This document shows positions 11,462-20,828 of a stretch of 64,000 bases of DNA, in pieces. Every line of letters begins with the position of its first letter. Within the stretch, counting starts at the first letter, position 1. Location: assembly GCA_963695095.1 (NCBI GenBank), contig CAVOFT010000001.1, positions 1,984,001-2,048,000 of the forward strand, read 5' to 3'. The translations under genes and the position numbers were made by a program. The DNA comes from an uncultured bacterium (GTDB lineage: Bacteria > Krumholzibacteriota > Krumholzibacteriia > JACNKJ01). The notes beneath the pieces are model-generated. The model saw nothing but the letters and a program-made list of their open reading frames with translations. It was not told the origin of the DNA and ran no database searches.

Positions 11462-12549
11462 CAGCCCTGCCCTCCCAGGCGCAGCAGGAGCCGCCGGTAG
11501 CGGGCGGCGAAGCGCGTCGGAGCATGAGCCACCGCCAGCTCTGCGCGGAGCGCGCCGCGCAGGGCGGCCGGCGGCGGGGCGTCCAGGTAGGCGTCGATGG
11601 CCGCGGCCCAGTGCAGCGGATCCTCGCCCGGCAACAGCAGGCCGCGCCCACCGGCCAGGAGGGCCGGCAAGGCCCCGTGGGGCGGCGCGGCCACCGGCAC
11701 CTCGCTCAGCAGGGCCTCGAGCACGCTGAGCGGGAGGGCCTCCTCCTCGCTGCTCAGCACGAAGAGATCGCTGGCGGGCAGGAGCTGAGCGACGTCGTCG
11801 CGCTGGCCGAGCAGGCGTAGCGCATCGCCGAGTCCGAGGGCCGCGGCCTGCGCCTCGAGCGCGGGCCGGGCAGGGCCGTCCCCCACCAGAGTCAGGCGCA
11901 GTGGCCGCCGCGCTCGCAGCAGGGCGAGCACCGTGAGGAGGCGGTCCAGGCGCTTCTCGGGCCGCAGGGCGGCGACGCAGATCAGCTCCTTGCGCGCCGA
12001 GGCTCGTTCCGCCGCGGCCGGCGCGGCGCGGAAGGCCTCCAGCTGCGGCACGGGGTTGGGAATGCGCGTCCAGTCGCCGCGCGCAAGGCCTTCCCGCTCG
12101 ATCAGGGCGGCCTCTTGCCAGGGGCCGAGCGTGGCCAGGTGCGGGCTGAGTCCCAGGAGCAGGCGATTGTAGGGTCGGAAGGCGCGCAGGCGCCCCTGGG
12201 CGGAGCTGTGCACCGGTGAGAGCGCCGGCAGGAAACCCGTCAGCGCGGCCGCCAGCCGTCCCCAGAAGAGACAGTCGTGGTGGTCCTGGATGTACAACAG
12301 GTCCGGCTGTTGCCGTCGCAGCAGCCGCAGGAGGGCGGGCAGCGCCCGCGGGGAACGCGTATCGTCGAGGCCGGCCACCGTCGCCGGCACGCCGGCGGCC
12401 ATCAGCTCCGCGCCAACGGAGCCGGGCGACTTCAGGAAGCAGAGGTGGAGGGAATCGCCGGCCTCGTGCAAAGCCAGCAAGAGGCTGGCCAGCACCCGCT
12501 CACCGCCGCCAAGGGCGAGCGTCGACGCCAGCACGAGCAGGCGCTGCAC
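11461..12549 (-). CDS. Glycosyltransferase family 4
   Basis: GTG start VQRLLVLA, GGGERV, ALRPEKR, LSSEEEALPLSVLEA (EX7E). Confidence 0.88.
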   Translation of the reverse strand: MQRLLVLASTLALGGGERVLASLLLALHEAGDSLHLCFLKSPGSVGAELMAAGVPATVAGLDDTRSPRALPALLRLLRRQQPDLLYIQDHHDCLFWGRLAAALTGFLPALSPVHSSAQGRLRAFRPYNRLLLGLSPHLATLGPWQEAALIEREGLARGDWTRIPNPVPQLEAFRAAPAAAERASARKELICVAALRPEKRLDRLLTVLALLRARRPLRLTLVGDGPARPALEAQAAALGLGDALRLLGQRDDVAQLLPASDLFVLSSEEEALPLSVLEALLSEVPVAAPPHGALPALLAGGRGLLLPGEDPLHWAAAIDAYLDAPPPAALRGALRAELAVAHAPTRFAARYRRLLLRLGGQG

Positions 12550-12556
12550 GGACAGC

Positions 12557-13198
12557 TCAGGACGGCGGTTCGTAGGGCCGCTCGCGCAGGTTGACGGGAC
12601 AGCCGAGTGCGTAGATCGACCTCCCCACCCGGGCCGGGTTGCCATAGACCACGGTCTCCGGAGGCACGTCGCGCGTGACCACGGACCCGCTGCCCACCAG
12701 CGCGCGCGCACCGATCCGCACCATCGGCAGGATGGTGACATTGACCCCGATCTGGGCGCCCGCCTCGATGATGGGTCCGCGCATGCACTCGCCCGACTGT
12801 GGACAGCCCGGATGCGGGTCGTTGGCGATGGTGACGCCCGGCGCCAGGAAGGCGCCGTCCCCGATCTCCGTGAATTGCGCAATGTAGCAGTTGCTGTGGA
12901 TCTTCACCCCGTTGCCGATGCGGCAGCCATAGTCGATCACGGTGTTGTTCCACACCGCCAGGCGCTCGCCGATCTCGTTCTGTTCGCGGATGACGACGTG
13001 GTGGCCGGTTTCGAGACCCGCGCCGATGCGGCTCCCTTGATAGATCACGGTGCCCGAGCGCAGGTAGGCGCCGGCGCCGATCACGAGCTCGAGCGCAACG
13101 CCCTTCCGCCCGGTCGGATAGCCGAGCAACACGCCCGCATCGAGATGGCGGGGCGAGTCCAGGCGCACGTATTCGGGGATCCGCAGCTCGTCCGGCAC
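12557..13198 (-). CDS. Hexapeptide-repeat sugar N-acyltransferase (WbpD/FdtC-like)
   Basis: Left-handed beta-helix repeats, APGVTIANDPHP, GSVVTRDVP, GNPAR. Confidence 0.85.
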   Translation of the reverse strand: MPDELRIPEYVRLDSPRHLDAGVLLGYPTGRKGVALELVIGAGAYLRSGTVIYQGSRIGAGLETGHHVVIREQNEIGERLAVWNNTVIDYGCRIGNGVKIHSNCYIAQFTEIGDGAFLAPGVTIANDPHPGCPQSGECMRGPIIEAGAQIGVNVTILPMVRIGARALVGSGSVVTRDVPPETVVYGNPARVGRSIYALGCPVNLRERPYEPPS

Positions 13199-13212
13199 GG
13201 CAGGCTCCCAGG

Positions 13213-14244
13213 CTAGAAGGCGCGGCTGAGATTGTACTCGATTTCGACGCTGCGTCCACCCTCGCGCATCGACGCGCAACCGGCTTCCAGGGCGCAGACG
13301 ACCTGGTGGCCATGCTCGAGACCGGACCGGCAAGGCAAGCCCTGGCGGATGCACTCCACGAAATGCGCGGTCTCGGCCTTCAGCGGCTCGCCGTCATCGA
13401 GCTTGGGGATGTGGATGTCCCCGAAGCGATAGGCGAGCTGGAACTCGCCGAAGGTGTCGTAGTGGCGATGCACGTCCACGCCCTTGTCGTAGACGCGGAT
13501 CTTCTCGATGTTCGATGTATCGTCGTAGACGAGCATCTTCTTGGAGCCCACCACGGTCGTGCGGCGGATCTTGTTCGGATCCAGCCAGCTGACGTGGATG
13601 TTGGCCAGCCGCCCGCCGGGAAAGCCGTAGGTCAGGAAAGCGACGTCCTCGATACCCGGCTGGATGTAGCTGTGGCCGACACCCTGCACGCGCTCCGGCT
13701 CGGCCTCGAGCAGATAGGTGAAGATGGACAGGTCGTGGGGCGCGAGGTCCCAGACGACGTTGATATCGTCCTGGAAGAGGCCCAGATTAACGCGCGTGGC
13801 ACTGATGTAGTAGACCTCGCCCAGCTCGCCGGAATCGAGCAGCTCCTTGATCTTGAGCACGGCGGGCGAGTAGATGAAGGTGTGGCCGACCATCCCGACC
13901 AGGTTCTTCTCGCGGGCGGTCTTAACGAGCTGCAGGCTGGCTTCGGCGCTGTTCGTCAGCGGCTTCTCGACGAACACGTGCTTGCCGGCCGCGAGCGCCT
14001 CCCCGGCCAGCTTGGCATGGCTGGTCACCGGCGTGGCGATCACGATGGCATCGATACCGGGATCGTCCATCAGCACCCGGTAGTCCTGCGTCGTTTCCAG
14101 ATAGGGGTACAGCTTCTCCATGTGCTGGAGTCGCTCCCGCGAGAGATCGCTGACCCTGGTGACGCGCGCGCCGGGCAGATTCACGAAGTTGCGGACAAGG
14201 TTGGGTCCCCAGTAGCCGGCGCCGATGACGCCCAGGGTGATCAT
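13213..14244 (-). CDS. Gfo/Idh/MocA oxidoreductase (nucleotide-sugar 3-dehydrogenase-like)
   Basis: GAGYWGPNLVRN, HVFVEKP, WDLAPHD, VSWLDPNKIR. Confidence 0.9.
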   Translation of the reverse strand: MITLGVIGAGYWGPNLVRNFVNLPGARVTRVSDLSRERLQHMEKLYPYLETTQDYRVLMDDPGIDAIVIATPVTSHAKLAGEALAAGKHVFVEKPLTNSAEASLQLVKTAREKNLVGMVGHTFIYSPAVLKIKELLDSGELGEVYYISATRVNLGLFQDDINVVWDLAPHDLSIFTYLLEAEPERVQGVGHSYIQPGIEDVAFLTYGFPGGRLANIHVSWLDPNKIRRTTVVGSKKMLVYDDTSNIEKIRVYDKGVDVHRHYDTFGEFQLAYRFGDIHIPKLDDGEPLKAETAHFVECIRQGLPCRSGLEHGHQVVCALEAGCASMREGGRSVEIEYNLSRAF

Positions 14245-14335
14245 GCGCTTGCCTCCATGGCGGGCCGGGCCGTTGCCGCTCCGGACCGCTCCGCACTAGA
14301 GCCGTTCATGCCAGGGGTTATAGCAAGATCGGCGC

Positions 14336-15064
14336 TCAATAGCCGCCAACGCCGAAAACGACGACGGGGATCGTCCTCAGCAGGATCTTCAGGTCGAGCA
14401 GGAAGGACCAGTGCTCCATGTAGTGGATGTCCAACATGACCATTTCGTCGAAGGGCACCTGGCTGCGGCCACTTACCTGCCAGAGGCCGGTGATCCCCGG
14501 CTTCGCCTGCAGTCGCTGCTTGTGCCACTCCTGGTAGTAGTCCACCTCGTACTCGATGGGAGGCCGCGGGCCGACGAGGCTCATGTCCCCCCGGAGCACG
14601 TTGAAGAGCTGGGGCAGTTCGTCCAGGCTGCTCTTGCGCAGGAAGCGCCCGAGGGGCGTAACGCGCGGATCGGCCGTCAGCTTGAAGGCTCGGCCGCCCT
14701 CCCGCTTTGCCCAGCCGTTGATGAGTCGCTCCGAATAGGCCCGGTGGATGGAATCGTCGTTGCGATGCACCATCGTTCGGAACTTGTAGAAATCGAAGCG
14801 CCTGCCGTCCACCCCCACGCGGCGCTGCGTGTAGATCGCCGGGCCGCGCGAACTCAGCCGCGTGGCGAGGTAGAGCGCCAGGAACAAGGGGGAAAGTAGC
14901 AGAATCCCGATCGCGGCCACGGTAGCGTCAAACGTCCGCTTGGCGAGGATCCCTCGCTGGTAGGCGCTGGCAGCTGCAGGTGACCAAATCAGCGTCAGCT
15001 GGGGGTGTAGGGCAACCCCATAGGCCTCCGCTGCGGAGCCGGCCACCATCGAAGTCTTTTTCAA
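14336..15064 (-). CDS. Priming phosphoglycosyltransferase (Bac_transf family)
   Basis: TTG start with [60 protein letters not shown]. Confidence 0.93.
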   Translation of the reverse strand: MKKTSMVAGSAAEAYGVALHPQLTLIWSPAAASAYQRGILAKRTFDATVAAIGILLLSPLFLALYLATRLSSRGPAIYTQRRVGVDGRRFDFYKFRTMVHRNDDSIHRAYSERLINGWAKREGGRAFKLTADPRVTPLGRFLRKSSLDELPQLFNVLRGDMSLVGPRPPIEYEVDYYQEWHKQRLQAKPGITGLWQVSGRSQVPFDEMVMLDIHYMEHWSFLLDLKILLRTIPVVVFGVGGY

Positions 15065-15196
15065 GCTCGAACTCCTCGATGAACAGCTGAGATGCGATTC
15101 AAGCCTGGCAGAACTAGGCGTTAGCGATCAGGCGATCGGGCCTCCTTGGCTCAGGGGACTGTCACATGGGGATGTCTTTTCCTCCGGTCGCCGTCG

Positions 15197-15205
15197 AGTA
15201 TAGCA
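15197..15205 (-). promoter_or_regulatory. Extended -10 promoter upstream of the priming transferase
   Basis: TGCTATACT (TGn-TATACT), about 135 nt upstream of the start codon. Confidence 0.55.
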
Positions 15206-15220
15206 TAGCCTTCCGAACGA

Positions 15221-16390
15221 CTACCAGAGCAAAGGAGCGTTTCCACGGGCGCCGGCCCCCAGGCCGCGGCGGCTACCAGTTCGCATCTTGCTGGTATTCA
15301 AGAGGATAGCTTCCCAGCTGGCGGTGAGCGCCGCAGGATTGTGCCTGCTGCGCAGATACTCCTGCGCGCGGCGCCGGCGCTCACCGAGCGGCGCCGGGGC
15401 GGCGCTCAGGGATTCGCAGAGCCTTTCGCGCAGCCCCGACAGCGTCGGCGCCGTCAGTCCCAGGGCGGCATCCCCGAAGAGACCGTCCGGATCGACGCTG
15501 GCGACCACATCCAGACCCTGCTGCCAGGCCGCCAACACGGTATTGGGGAAGCCCTCGTGCGCCGATGTGATGAGCAAGACCCGACAGCGCCGGTAGACCT
15601 CCGGCAGCGCGGCGGGCGGAACCGCCCCCAGGTAGTCCACATTGGGCAGCGCGCGCAGCGCCGCCTGGATGCCCCGCGCATAGTGCTCATGTCCCCGCGC
15701 CTCCCCGCCGAAGACGACGAACTGCTGCTGCGGTAGGCTGGCCGCCAGGCTGAGTAGCCATTCGGGTCGCTTCACCGCGCGCAGGTTGCCGCCCCAGAGC
15801 ACCGCCGTTCCCGCCGGGCTCGCCTGGGCCCGCGCGGGGTCCAGCTCGGGGAAGGAGCGGACGACGGTCCCCTCCCGCCCGATCGCTCGCCGGAGTGCCC
15901 GCTGCTGGCCCTGCGTCTGGACGACCAGGTGGTCCGCCCCGGCCAGACCCAGGCGGTGCAGCACGCGATCCTGCGGATGCGGGAGCAACTCGCTGCCGGC
16001 CTCCAGGTCGCTGTCGCTCGCGACGGCAAAGACGAAGCCGATGCCAAGCAGGCGGGTCGCCAGCCAGCCGAGCCCCGTCAGCTCGGCGGCGCCGCGCTGC
16101 AGGAGCACGTCGCTGCCGCGGGCGCGCAGGAAGGCGACGAGGGCGCTGCCCTTCGGATGCAGCAACTTGACCAGGGGCAGGCCGCCCCGCGGGTAGATTG
16201 GCCAAAGCCGGCAGCCCTCCGGGGCGCCGGCCGCCTCCTCATCCTGACTGACGATGACGTCCACGCGATGCCCGCGGGCGGCCAGCGCCCGCCCCAGCGC
16301 GACGAGCTGCCGCTCCGCGCCCCCTTGCCCCTGGGCCGCCTCATCGCGAAAGGCGGCGCCGGCCGTCGGCGCCAGGATGGCCAGTCTCAC
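15221..16390 (-). CDS. Glycosyltransferase family 4
   Basis: GTG start VRLAILAP, GGAERQ, NLRAVKRPE, TSAHEGFPNT. Confidence 0.85.
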   Translation of the reverse strand: MRLAILAPTAGAAFRDEAAQGQGGAERQLVALGRALAARGHRVDVIVSQDEEAAGAPEGCRLWPIYPRGGLPLVKLLHPKGSALVAFLRARGSDVLLQRGAAELTGLGWLATRLLGIGFVFAVASDSDLEAGSELLPHPQDRVLHRLGLAGADHLVVQTQGQQRALRRAIGREGTVVRSFPELDPARAQASPAGTAVLWGGNLRAVKRPEWLLSLAASLPQQQFVVFGGEARGHEHYARGIQAALRALPNVDYLGAVPPAALPEVYRRCRVLLITSAHEGFPNTVLAAWQQGLDVVASVDPDGLFGDAALGLTAPTLSGLRERLCESLSAAPAPLGERRRRAQEYLRSRHNPAALTASWEAILLNTSKMRTGSRRGLGAGARGNAPLLW

Positions 16391-17877
16391 GCGCCCGGCT
16401 TGCGCGCGAGTTGCGCGGGAATGGCGCTCCGCCGGACGGGCCGAGCGCAGTCCTGGAACATGACGCCCGCGAGGAGGAAGAGCAGAATCGCCGAGTACTC
16501 CGCGTGGAAGATCTGGTCGGTTGTCAGCGCTTGCACGTACTGCGTCAGGAAGACACCGACGAAGACCATCACTTCCATCCTGCCGATGCTCGGGTGGATC
16601 AGCTGCCCGTTGAGCAGATGGACCACGCGCCGCACCATCAGGAAGAGCATGGCCACGTACAGGATGACCAAGAACGGCCCCCCCTCCACCCACATGCGGA
16701 TGTAGGAATTGTGCGCGGAAGTGATGTTGTGGGCGAACTCCGTCGTCACGGTGTTGCCATGGAAGGTGAAGTACTTCGTGTAGTAGTGCCCGAACCAGCC
16801 GAAACCCGTCCCCAACACGGGGAAGCGCTTCGCCATTTCCCAGGCCGTCAGCCAGACGATGTAGCGGTCGTTCACGGTGCGCGAGTTCGCCAGCCGTTCC
16901 TGGAAGACGCTCGACTCCGCGATGTGCTGCCAGTTGAAGGCCACCGCGACGGTGGACACCGCGATCAGCAAGATCAGCGGCCGCCGAAAGCGCTTCTCGA
17001 CCAGGCCCAGGAAGACCAGCGTGGCGAAGTAGCCCATCCAGACCGAGCGGCGGTAGGTCCAGTAGGTCACGAAGGTGTGGATGACCAGGATGATGAAGGC
17101 CGCCACCCGGCTCAGCGGCCGCCGCGCGCTGAACATCTGGTAGAAGAAGAAGACGATGCCCCCCACCATCACCGTGCCCAGCACCTGCGGGCTTTCGAAG
17201 GGGCCCTGGATGCGATCCGCCAGCGCGCCCTCCTGCTGCCAGCTCAGCTCGCCCGTGGCGGTGAAGAAGCTGTACTCGGTGTAGTGCTCCTGAAAGCCCA
17301 GCACGGCGCAGTAGAGCGTGACGATGCCGATGGTCCAGACCAGGGGGCGGATCTCGCGCTGCGAGGTGAGCAGGTTCTTCGCCAGGAAGAAGACGATGAA
17401 GGGAGCCAGGATCTGGTCGAAGATCTGCTGGGCGGCCGTGATCGGGTCGAAGCCGCGAAAGATGCCAGGCAAGAGCAGCACGAAGATGGCGAGCAGGATC
17501 CAATCCATCGGCACCATCCGGTGCAGGCTGCGCATGCGCACGGCCACCTGGAAGAGCAGCACCATGAACAGCAAGAGCGAGGCGACCCGGTCGATGGTGA
17601 TATCGGGAATGCCCGCGCCCATGTCGACGCGAATGAAGTTCGCCAGGATCGGCGTCGATCCGATCCAGATCAGGAACACCAGCATGGTGTTCCTGACCAC
17701 CGCGTACAGCACGAAGGGGATCGTCGCCACGACCAGGATCTGGATCCACTCCCCGGCGAAGAAGGCGATTCCGAGCAGGAGGCCGATGCTCGCGGCGATG
17801 AGGAGGGTGGCGTCGAAAGGCAGCCAGCCATCGAGACGGCGCCAGAGGGAGGGCTTCTGGAAGACAACCCGGTACAT
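16387..17877 (-). CDS. O-antigen ligase / Wzy-type polymerase
   Basis: About 12 TM segments; TYRRSVW, PVLGTGFG, SAHNSYI (Wzy_C motif). Confidence 0.88.
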   Translation of the reverse strand: MYRVVFQKPSLWRRLDGWLPFDATLLIAASIGLLLGIAFFAGEWIQILVVATIPFVLYAVVRNTMLVFLIWIGSTPILANFIRVDMGAGIPDITIDRVASLLLFMVLLFQVAVRMRSLHRMVPMDWILLAIFVLLLPGIFRGFDPITAAQQIFDQILAPFIVFFLAKNLLTSQREIRPLVWTIGIVTLYCAVLGFQEHYTEYSFFTATGELSWQQEGALADRIQGPFESPQVLGTVMVGGIVFFFYQMFSARRPLSRVAAFIILVIHTFVTYWTYRRSVWMGYFATLVFLGLVEKRFRRPLILLIAVSTVAVAFNWQHIAESSVFQERLANSRTVNDRYIVWLTAWEMAKRFPVLGTGFGWFGHYYTKYFTFHGNTVTTEFAHNITSAHNSYIRMWVEGGPFLVILYVAMLFLMVRRVVHLLNGQLIHPSIGRMEVMVFVGVFLTQYVQALTTDQIFHAEYSAILLFLLAGVMFQDCARPVRRSAIPAQLARKPGA

Positions 17878-17878
17878 G

Positions 17879-18553
17879 CTAGAGCCGTCGATAGAGGAAG
17901 TCGGGAATCGGGTAGTCCTGCTTGTTGAAGATCAGGCCCGTGATGGGGATTCCCGCCGCTCTGAATCCGCGCAGGGTCTGCTGCATGATCTCCCGCTTCG
18001 TTCGCCGGTAGCTGGCCAGCAACAGGACCGCATCACTGCGCCGCGCCCACAGCTCGACGTACTTGTCGCAGCCGGGCCGGCCATTGAAGACCACCGCGCG
18101 GTAGTACCGTGTGGCATCGGCCACGAAGGCGTCGGCCCGCTCTTCCGCCAACTTGACGAAGCTGCGGGGCAGGCGCCCGGCATGGACGGCAGCGAGGTCG
18201 ATCAACTCCGTCGCGAAGGGCAGCATCTTGAAATCCACTTCTCCACGCAGATACTCGCTGAGCCCTTGCTCGGGCAGGCCGGCCGTATCGCGGATCGTGG
18301 GGCGGATGATATCCCCGTCCACGAACAGGCACTCCTCGCCCTCGCGCATCGCCAAGTAGTAGGCAAGGCCCCAGCTCACGGTGCTGACGCCCTCACCCTG
18401 CCCACTGGCGCCCATGTAGATGAAGGGCCGCTTCGCGTCCAGCATCGGGCGCAGGGCGGAGTAGAGCGCTTCCAATTCGGGCAGCACCCGCGGGTGGAAG
18501 TGGCCGGGCTCCGGTCGCTGGCCGGCGCTGCTCTCCTTGATGAAGTGCTTCAT
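17879..18553 (-). CDS. CpsD/CapB BY-kinase-like P-loop protein with degenerate Walker motifs
   Basis: GEGVST (Walker A lacking Lys), VDGDIIRP, VVFNGRP. Directly follows the co-polymerase gene. Confidence 0.78.
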   Translation of the reverse strand: MKHFIKESSAGQRPEPGHFHPRVLPELEALYSALRPMLDAKRPFIYMGASGQGEGVSTVSWGLAYYLAMREGEECLFVDGDIIRPTIRDTAGLPEQGLSEYLRGEVDFKMLPFATELIDLAAVHAGRLPRSFVKLAEERADAFVADATRYYRAVVFNGRPGCDKYVELWARRSDAVLLLASYRRTKREIMQQTLRGFRAAGIPITGLIFNKQDYPIPDFLYRRL

Positions 18554-18561
18554 GCCTCCCC

Positions 18562-19950
18562 TCAGAGCTTCCTGAAGCTGGCCAGCACCGGCAGACCGGT
18601 GAGGTCTTCCAGCTCTGCGCGCTTCTGGAAGGTATGGGTGGTCGCTTCCTTCATGAAGGCGATGGCGACCGCCAGGATGAGTGCGAAGAGGGGAGCGACG
18701 ACCGCGTGCACGACCTTCGGCGTCAGTCCCTCGATGCCGCCGATCACCGGCGGCCCCAGCTGGATGATCTGGTTTTCCAGGAGCGACTGCGCTTCACTGG
18801 CCTGGGTATCGCTGTACTTCGTCACCAGCTCGCCATAGAGGCGCCATTGCTGATCGATGTAGGCATCGAAGTACTCGAGCTTGGCGGCATTGGCGGGAAT
18901 GTGCTCGAGCTGACTCTGGAAACCCGCGATCGCGTCATCCAGGATCGCCTCGCCGGCGCGCATGTCGAGCAGGCGGGCTTCGTGCTGCCTGACCACGTCA
19001 ATCAGGCTGCCGGCGAATTCCCGCTCGGCGATGGCCAGCTCCTCGCGCTTGAGGCGGACCAGACGGTGCTCGCTCGTGTAGCGAGCCTCCAGTTCGGCCA
19101 GATCCAGCCGCAGGTCGCTGACGACGAATTCGAGCTTGCTGACCAGCCGGTCATCGCGCAGGGTCGCCGGCAGCACGGCGCTTTCCGGCGCGGCCAGGTA
19201 CTGGCGCTCCTGGGCGATCTCCTGCTCGAAGATGCCGCGGTCGATGCGCCGCTTGGCGCGATCGCGGCTGAGCTGCGCCACCGTCTCCGCCAACGAGATT
19301 TCTTGGTGCGACCAGTTGTAGAGCTCGGTCCCCTCCTGCAATTCGGCCTTGGCGTCCTTTGCCGTGCGAATCCGCTCTTCGACGGACTGCAAAGCCTCTT
19401 CGAAGTAGGTGCGGCCGTGGCTCTCGCGGGAGACGCGCCGGAACTCCTCCAGGAAGCTGCGTCCGTAGATGTCCGCGATGGCAATGGCCGTGTCCGCATC
19501 CGCGTCCCGGACCAGGATGTTGATGATGTCGGTCTCCTGGACAGGCAAGACTTCCACCATCGTGGCCAGGCCGGCGGCGATCTCCTGCGTGCGCGACAGC
19601 GGCGGATCGCCCCAGCCCCGCAGTGCGTCGAACTGCCGCGCCGCCACCGTCAGGACGCCCTGGCTGCGGCCCATCTCCGCGATGGAGTTGATCTCCTCTT
19701 CCCACTCGAGGCGCCCGATGTAGCGGATGGCGGCCTGCTGCGGGAGCGATCGATTGACGAAGAACTTCACCGAGGCGATGTAGAGCCGCTCGCGCAGGGC
19801 CAGGCCCCAGAGAATCGCGGCCAGGAGCACGATGAACGAGCCGATCACGGTCCACTTGTGCAGGAAGAGAACCATGTAGAACTCGCGCAGCGAGACCTGG
19901 TGCGCAACTGGCGGCTGGATGTGGATGACAGGGGTTTCTGGCGCGTCCAT
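18562..19950 (-). CDS. Polysaccharide co-polymerase / chain-length determinant (Wzz/GumC-like)
   Basis: N- and C-terminal TM helices flanking a coiled coil; YTSEHRLV; LEDLTGLPVLAS ending. Confidence 0.88.
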   Translation of the reverse strand: MDAPETPVIHIQPPVAHQVSLREFYMVLFLHKWTVIGSFIVLLAAILWGLALRERLYIASVKFFVNRSLPQQAAIRYIGRLEWEEEINSIAEMGRSQGVLTVAARQFDALRGWGDPPLSRTQEIAAGLATMVEVLPVQETDIINILVRDADADTAIAIADIYGRSFLEEFRRVSRESHGRTYFEEALQSVEERIRTAKDAKAELQEGTELYNWSHQEISLAETVAQLSRDRAKRRIDRGIFEQEIAQERQYLAAPESAVLPATLRDDRLVSKLEFVVSDLRLDLAELEARYTSEHRLVRLKREELAIAEREFAGSLIDVVRQHEARLLDMRAGEAILDDAIAGFQSQLEHIPANAAKLEYFDAYIDQQWRLYGELVTKYSDTQASEAQSLLENQIIQLGPPVIGGIEGLTPKVVHAVVAPLFALILAVAIAFMKEATTHTFQKRAELEDLTGLPVLASFRKL

Positions 19951-19963
19951 GGCTGTCCACCGG

Positions 19964-20728
19964 TTAATTCTGGTAGTAGAGCTCCAGCTCCTTCTGGAGA
20001 GCGTTCATCAACAGAACGCCATCCAGTCCGAAGCGCAACATCACCATGTTGTTCCCGAAGGCCGCCATCATGAAGTCGCGGACATTCGCGACTCGGCTCC
20101 TCGGCACGACGACGATGTCATAGCGCTGGAGCGGGAGGTCCGGCAGCACCGACTTCCCCTCCAGCAACTTGGCGAAGTCCACCTCGAAGACCTGCGCGTC
20201 CGCGCCTGGATTGCGGCGGATCACGAGGATCTGCTTCTTCTGGCCGTCGCGCGTGAGGCCGCCACAGGCCGAGAGCACCCCCGCCAAGGTCAGCGGCTCG
20301 GCGCTGGCCAGCATCGGATTGCGCACTTCGCCCAGTACGAAGACGTGCTGGCTCCCCATCTCGACGAGGTGGATGAAGGTCTGAGGATCCACCAGGTAGT
20401 GGGCGAGCTTGCTCTCGACCTCCATCTTGAGCTGCTCCAGGGTCAGGCCCGCGGCCAGCAGCGGCTCATCGACCAGCGGCAGGAGCAGGCGTCCGTCCGG
20501 GGTCACCTTCGCGTTCGTGTCGAGCGCGCTCTCCCCGAGGAAGGTGATGCGCAGGAGATCGCCCGGTCCGAGGACATAGCGGGGCTGGGGCAGACGCACC
20601 GTGTCCTGGCCTGCCGACGTCGTTTCCGGCAGGGTCCGCATCTGGACCAAGGGGCGTTGCGAACCGCAGCCACCCAGCAGCCCCTGGCAGAGCATCCCGA
20701 TTGCGATCCATGCATGTAACTTGTTCAT
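19964..20728 (-). CDS. wza: Polysaccharide export lipoprotein (Wza/OPX family)
   Basis: Lipobox LGGC; YVLGPGDLLRI, VTPDGRLLLPLV, VFVLGEVRNP (SLBB), DIVVVP. Alternative start at 20749. Confidence 0.9.
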   Translation of the reverse strand: MNKLHAWIAIGMLCQGLLGGCGSQRPLVQMRTLPETTSAGQDTVRLPQPRYVLGPGDLLRITFLGESALDTNAKVTPDGRLLLPLVDEPLLAAGLTLEQLKMEVESKLAHYLVDPQTFIHLVEMGSQHVFVLGEVRNPMLASAEPLTLAGVLSACGGLTRDGQKKQILVIRRNPGADAQVFEVDFAKLLEGKSVLPDLPLQRYDIVVVPRSRVANVRDFMMAAFGNNMVMLRFGLDGVLLMNALQKELELYYQN

Positions 20729-20799
20729 ATGCAATCCATTGCGTATCATCCCGCGATCCCGGCAGCACTGGAACGGGTCAGGCTCGGGACGAGGGAAGC

Positions 20800-20815
20800 T
20801 GCAAGTGGAATGCCA
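20800..20815 (-). promoter_or_regulatory. Sigma-54 (-24/-12) promoter of the wza-wzz-kinase-wzy operon
   Basis: TGGCATTCCACTTGCA, GG-N10-GC consensus, in the short intergenic gap. Confidence 0.78.
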
Positions 20816-20828
20816 GCCATCCCTCGCA

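Noticed and set aside
14305..14340. Sigma-54 promoter upstream of the Gfo/Idh/MocA gene
   Set aside because: TTGCT is present but the -24 position reads AG, not GG; better read as an extended -10 (TGCTATAAC).
15065..15196. JUMPStart/ops or c-di-GMP riboswitch in the sugar-transferase leader
   Set aside because: No GGCGGTAG core and no recognisable GEMM motif; only the shared motif reported under findings.
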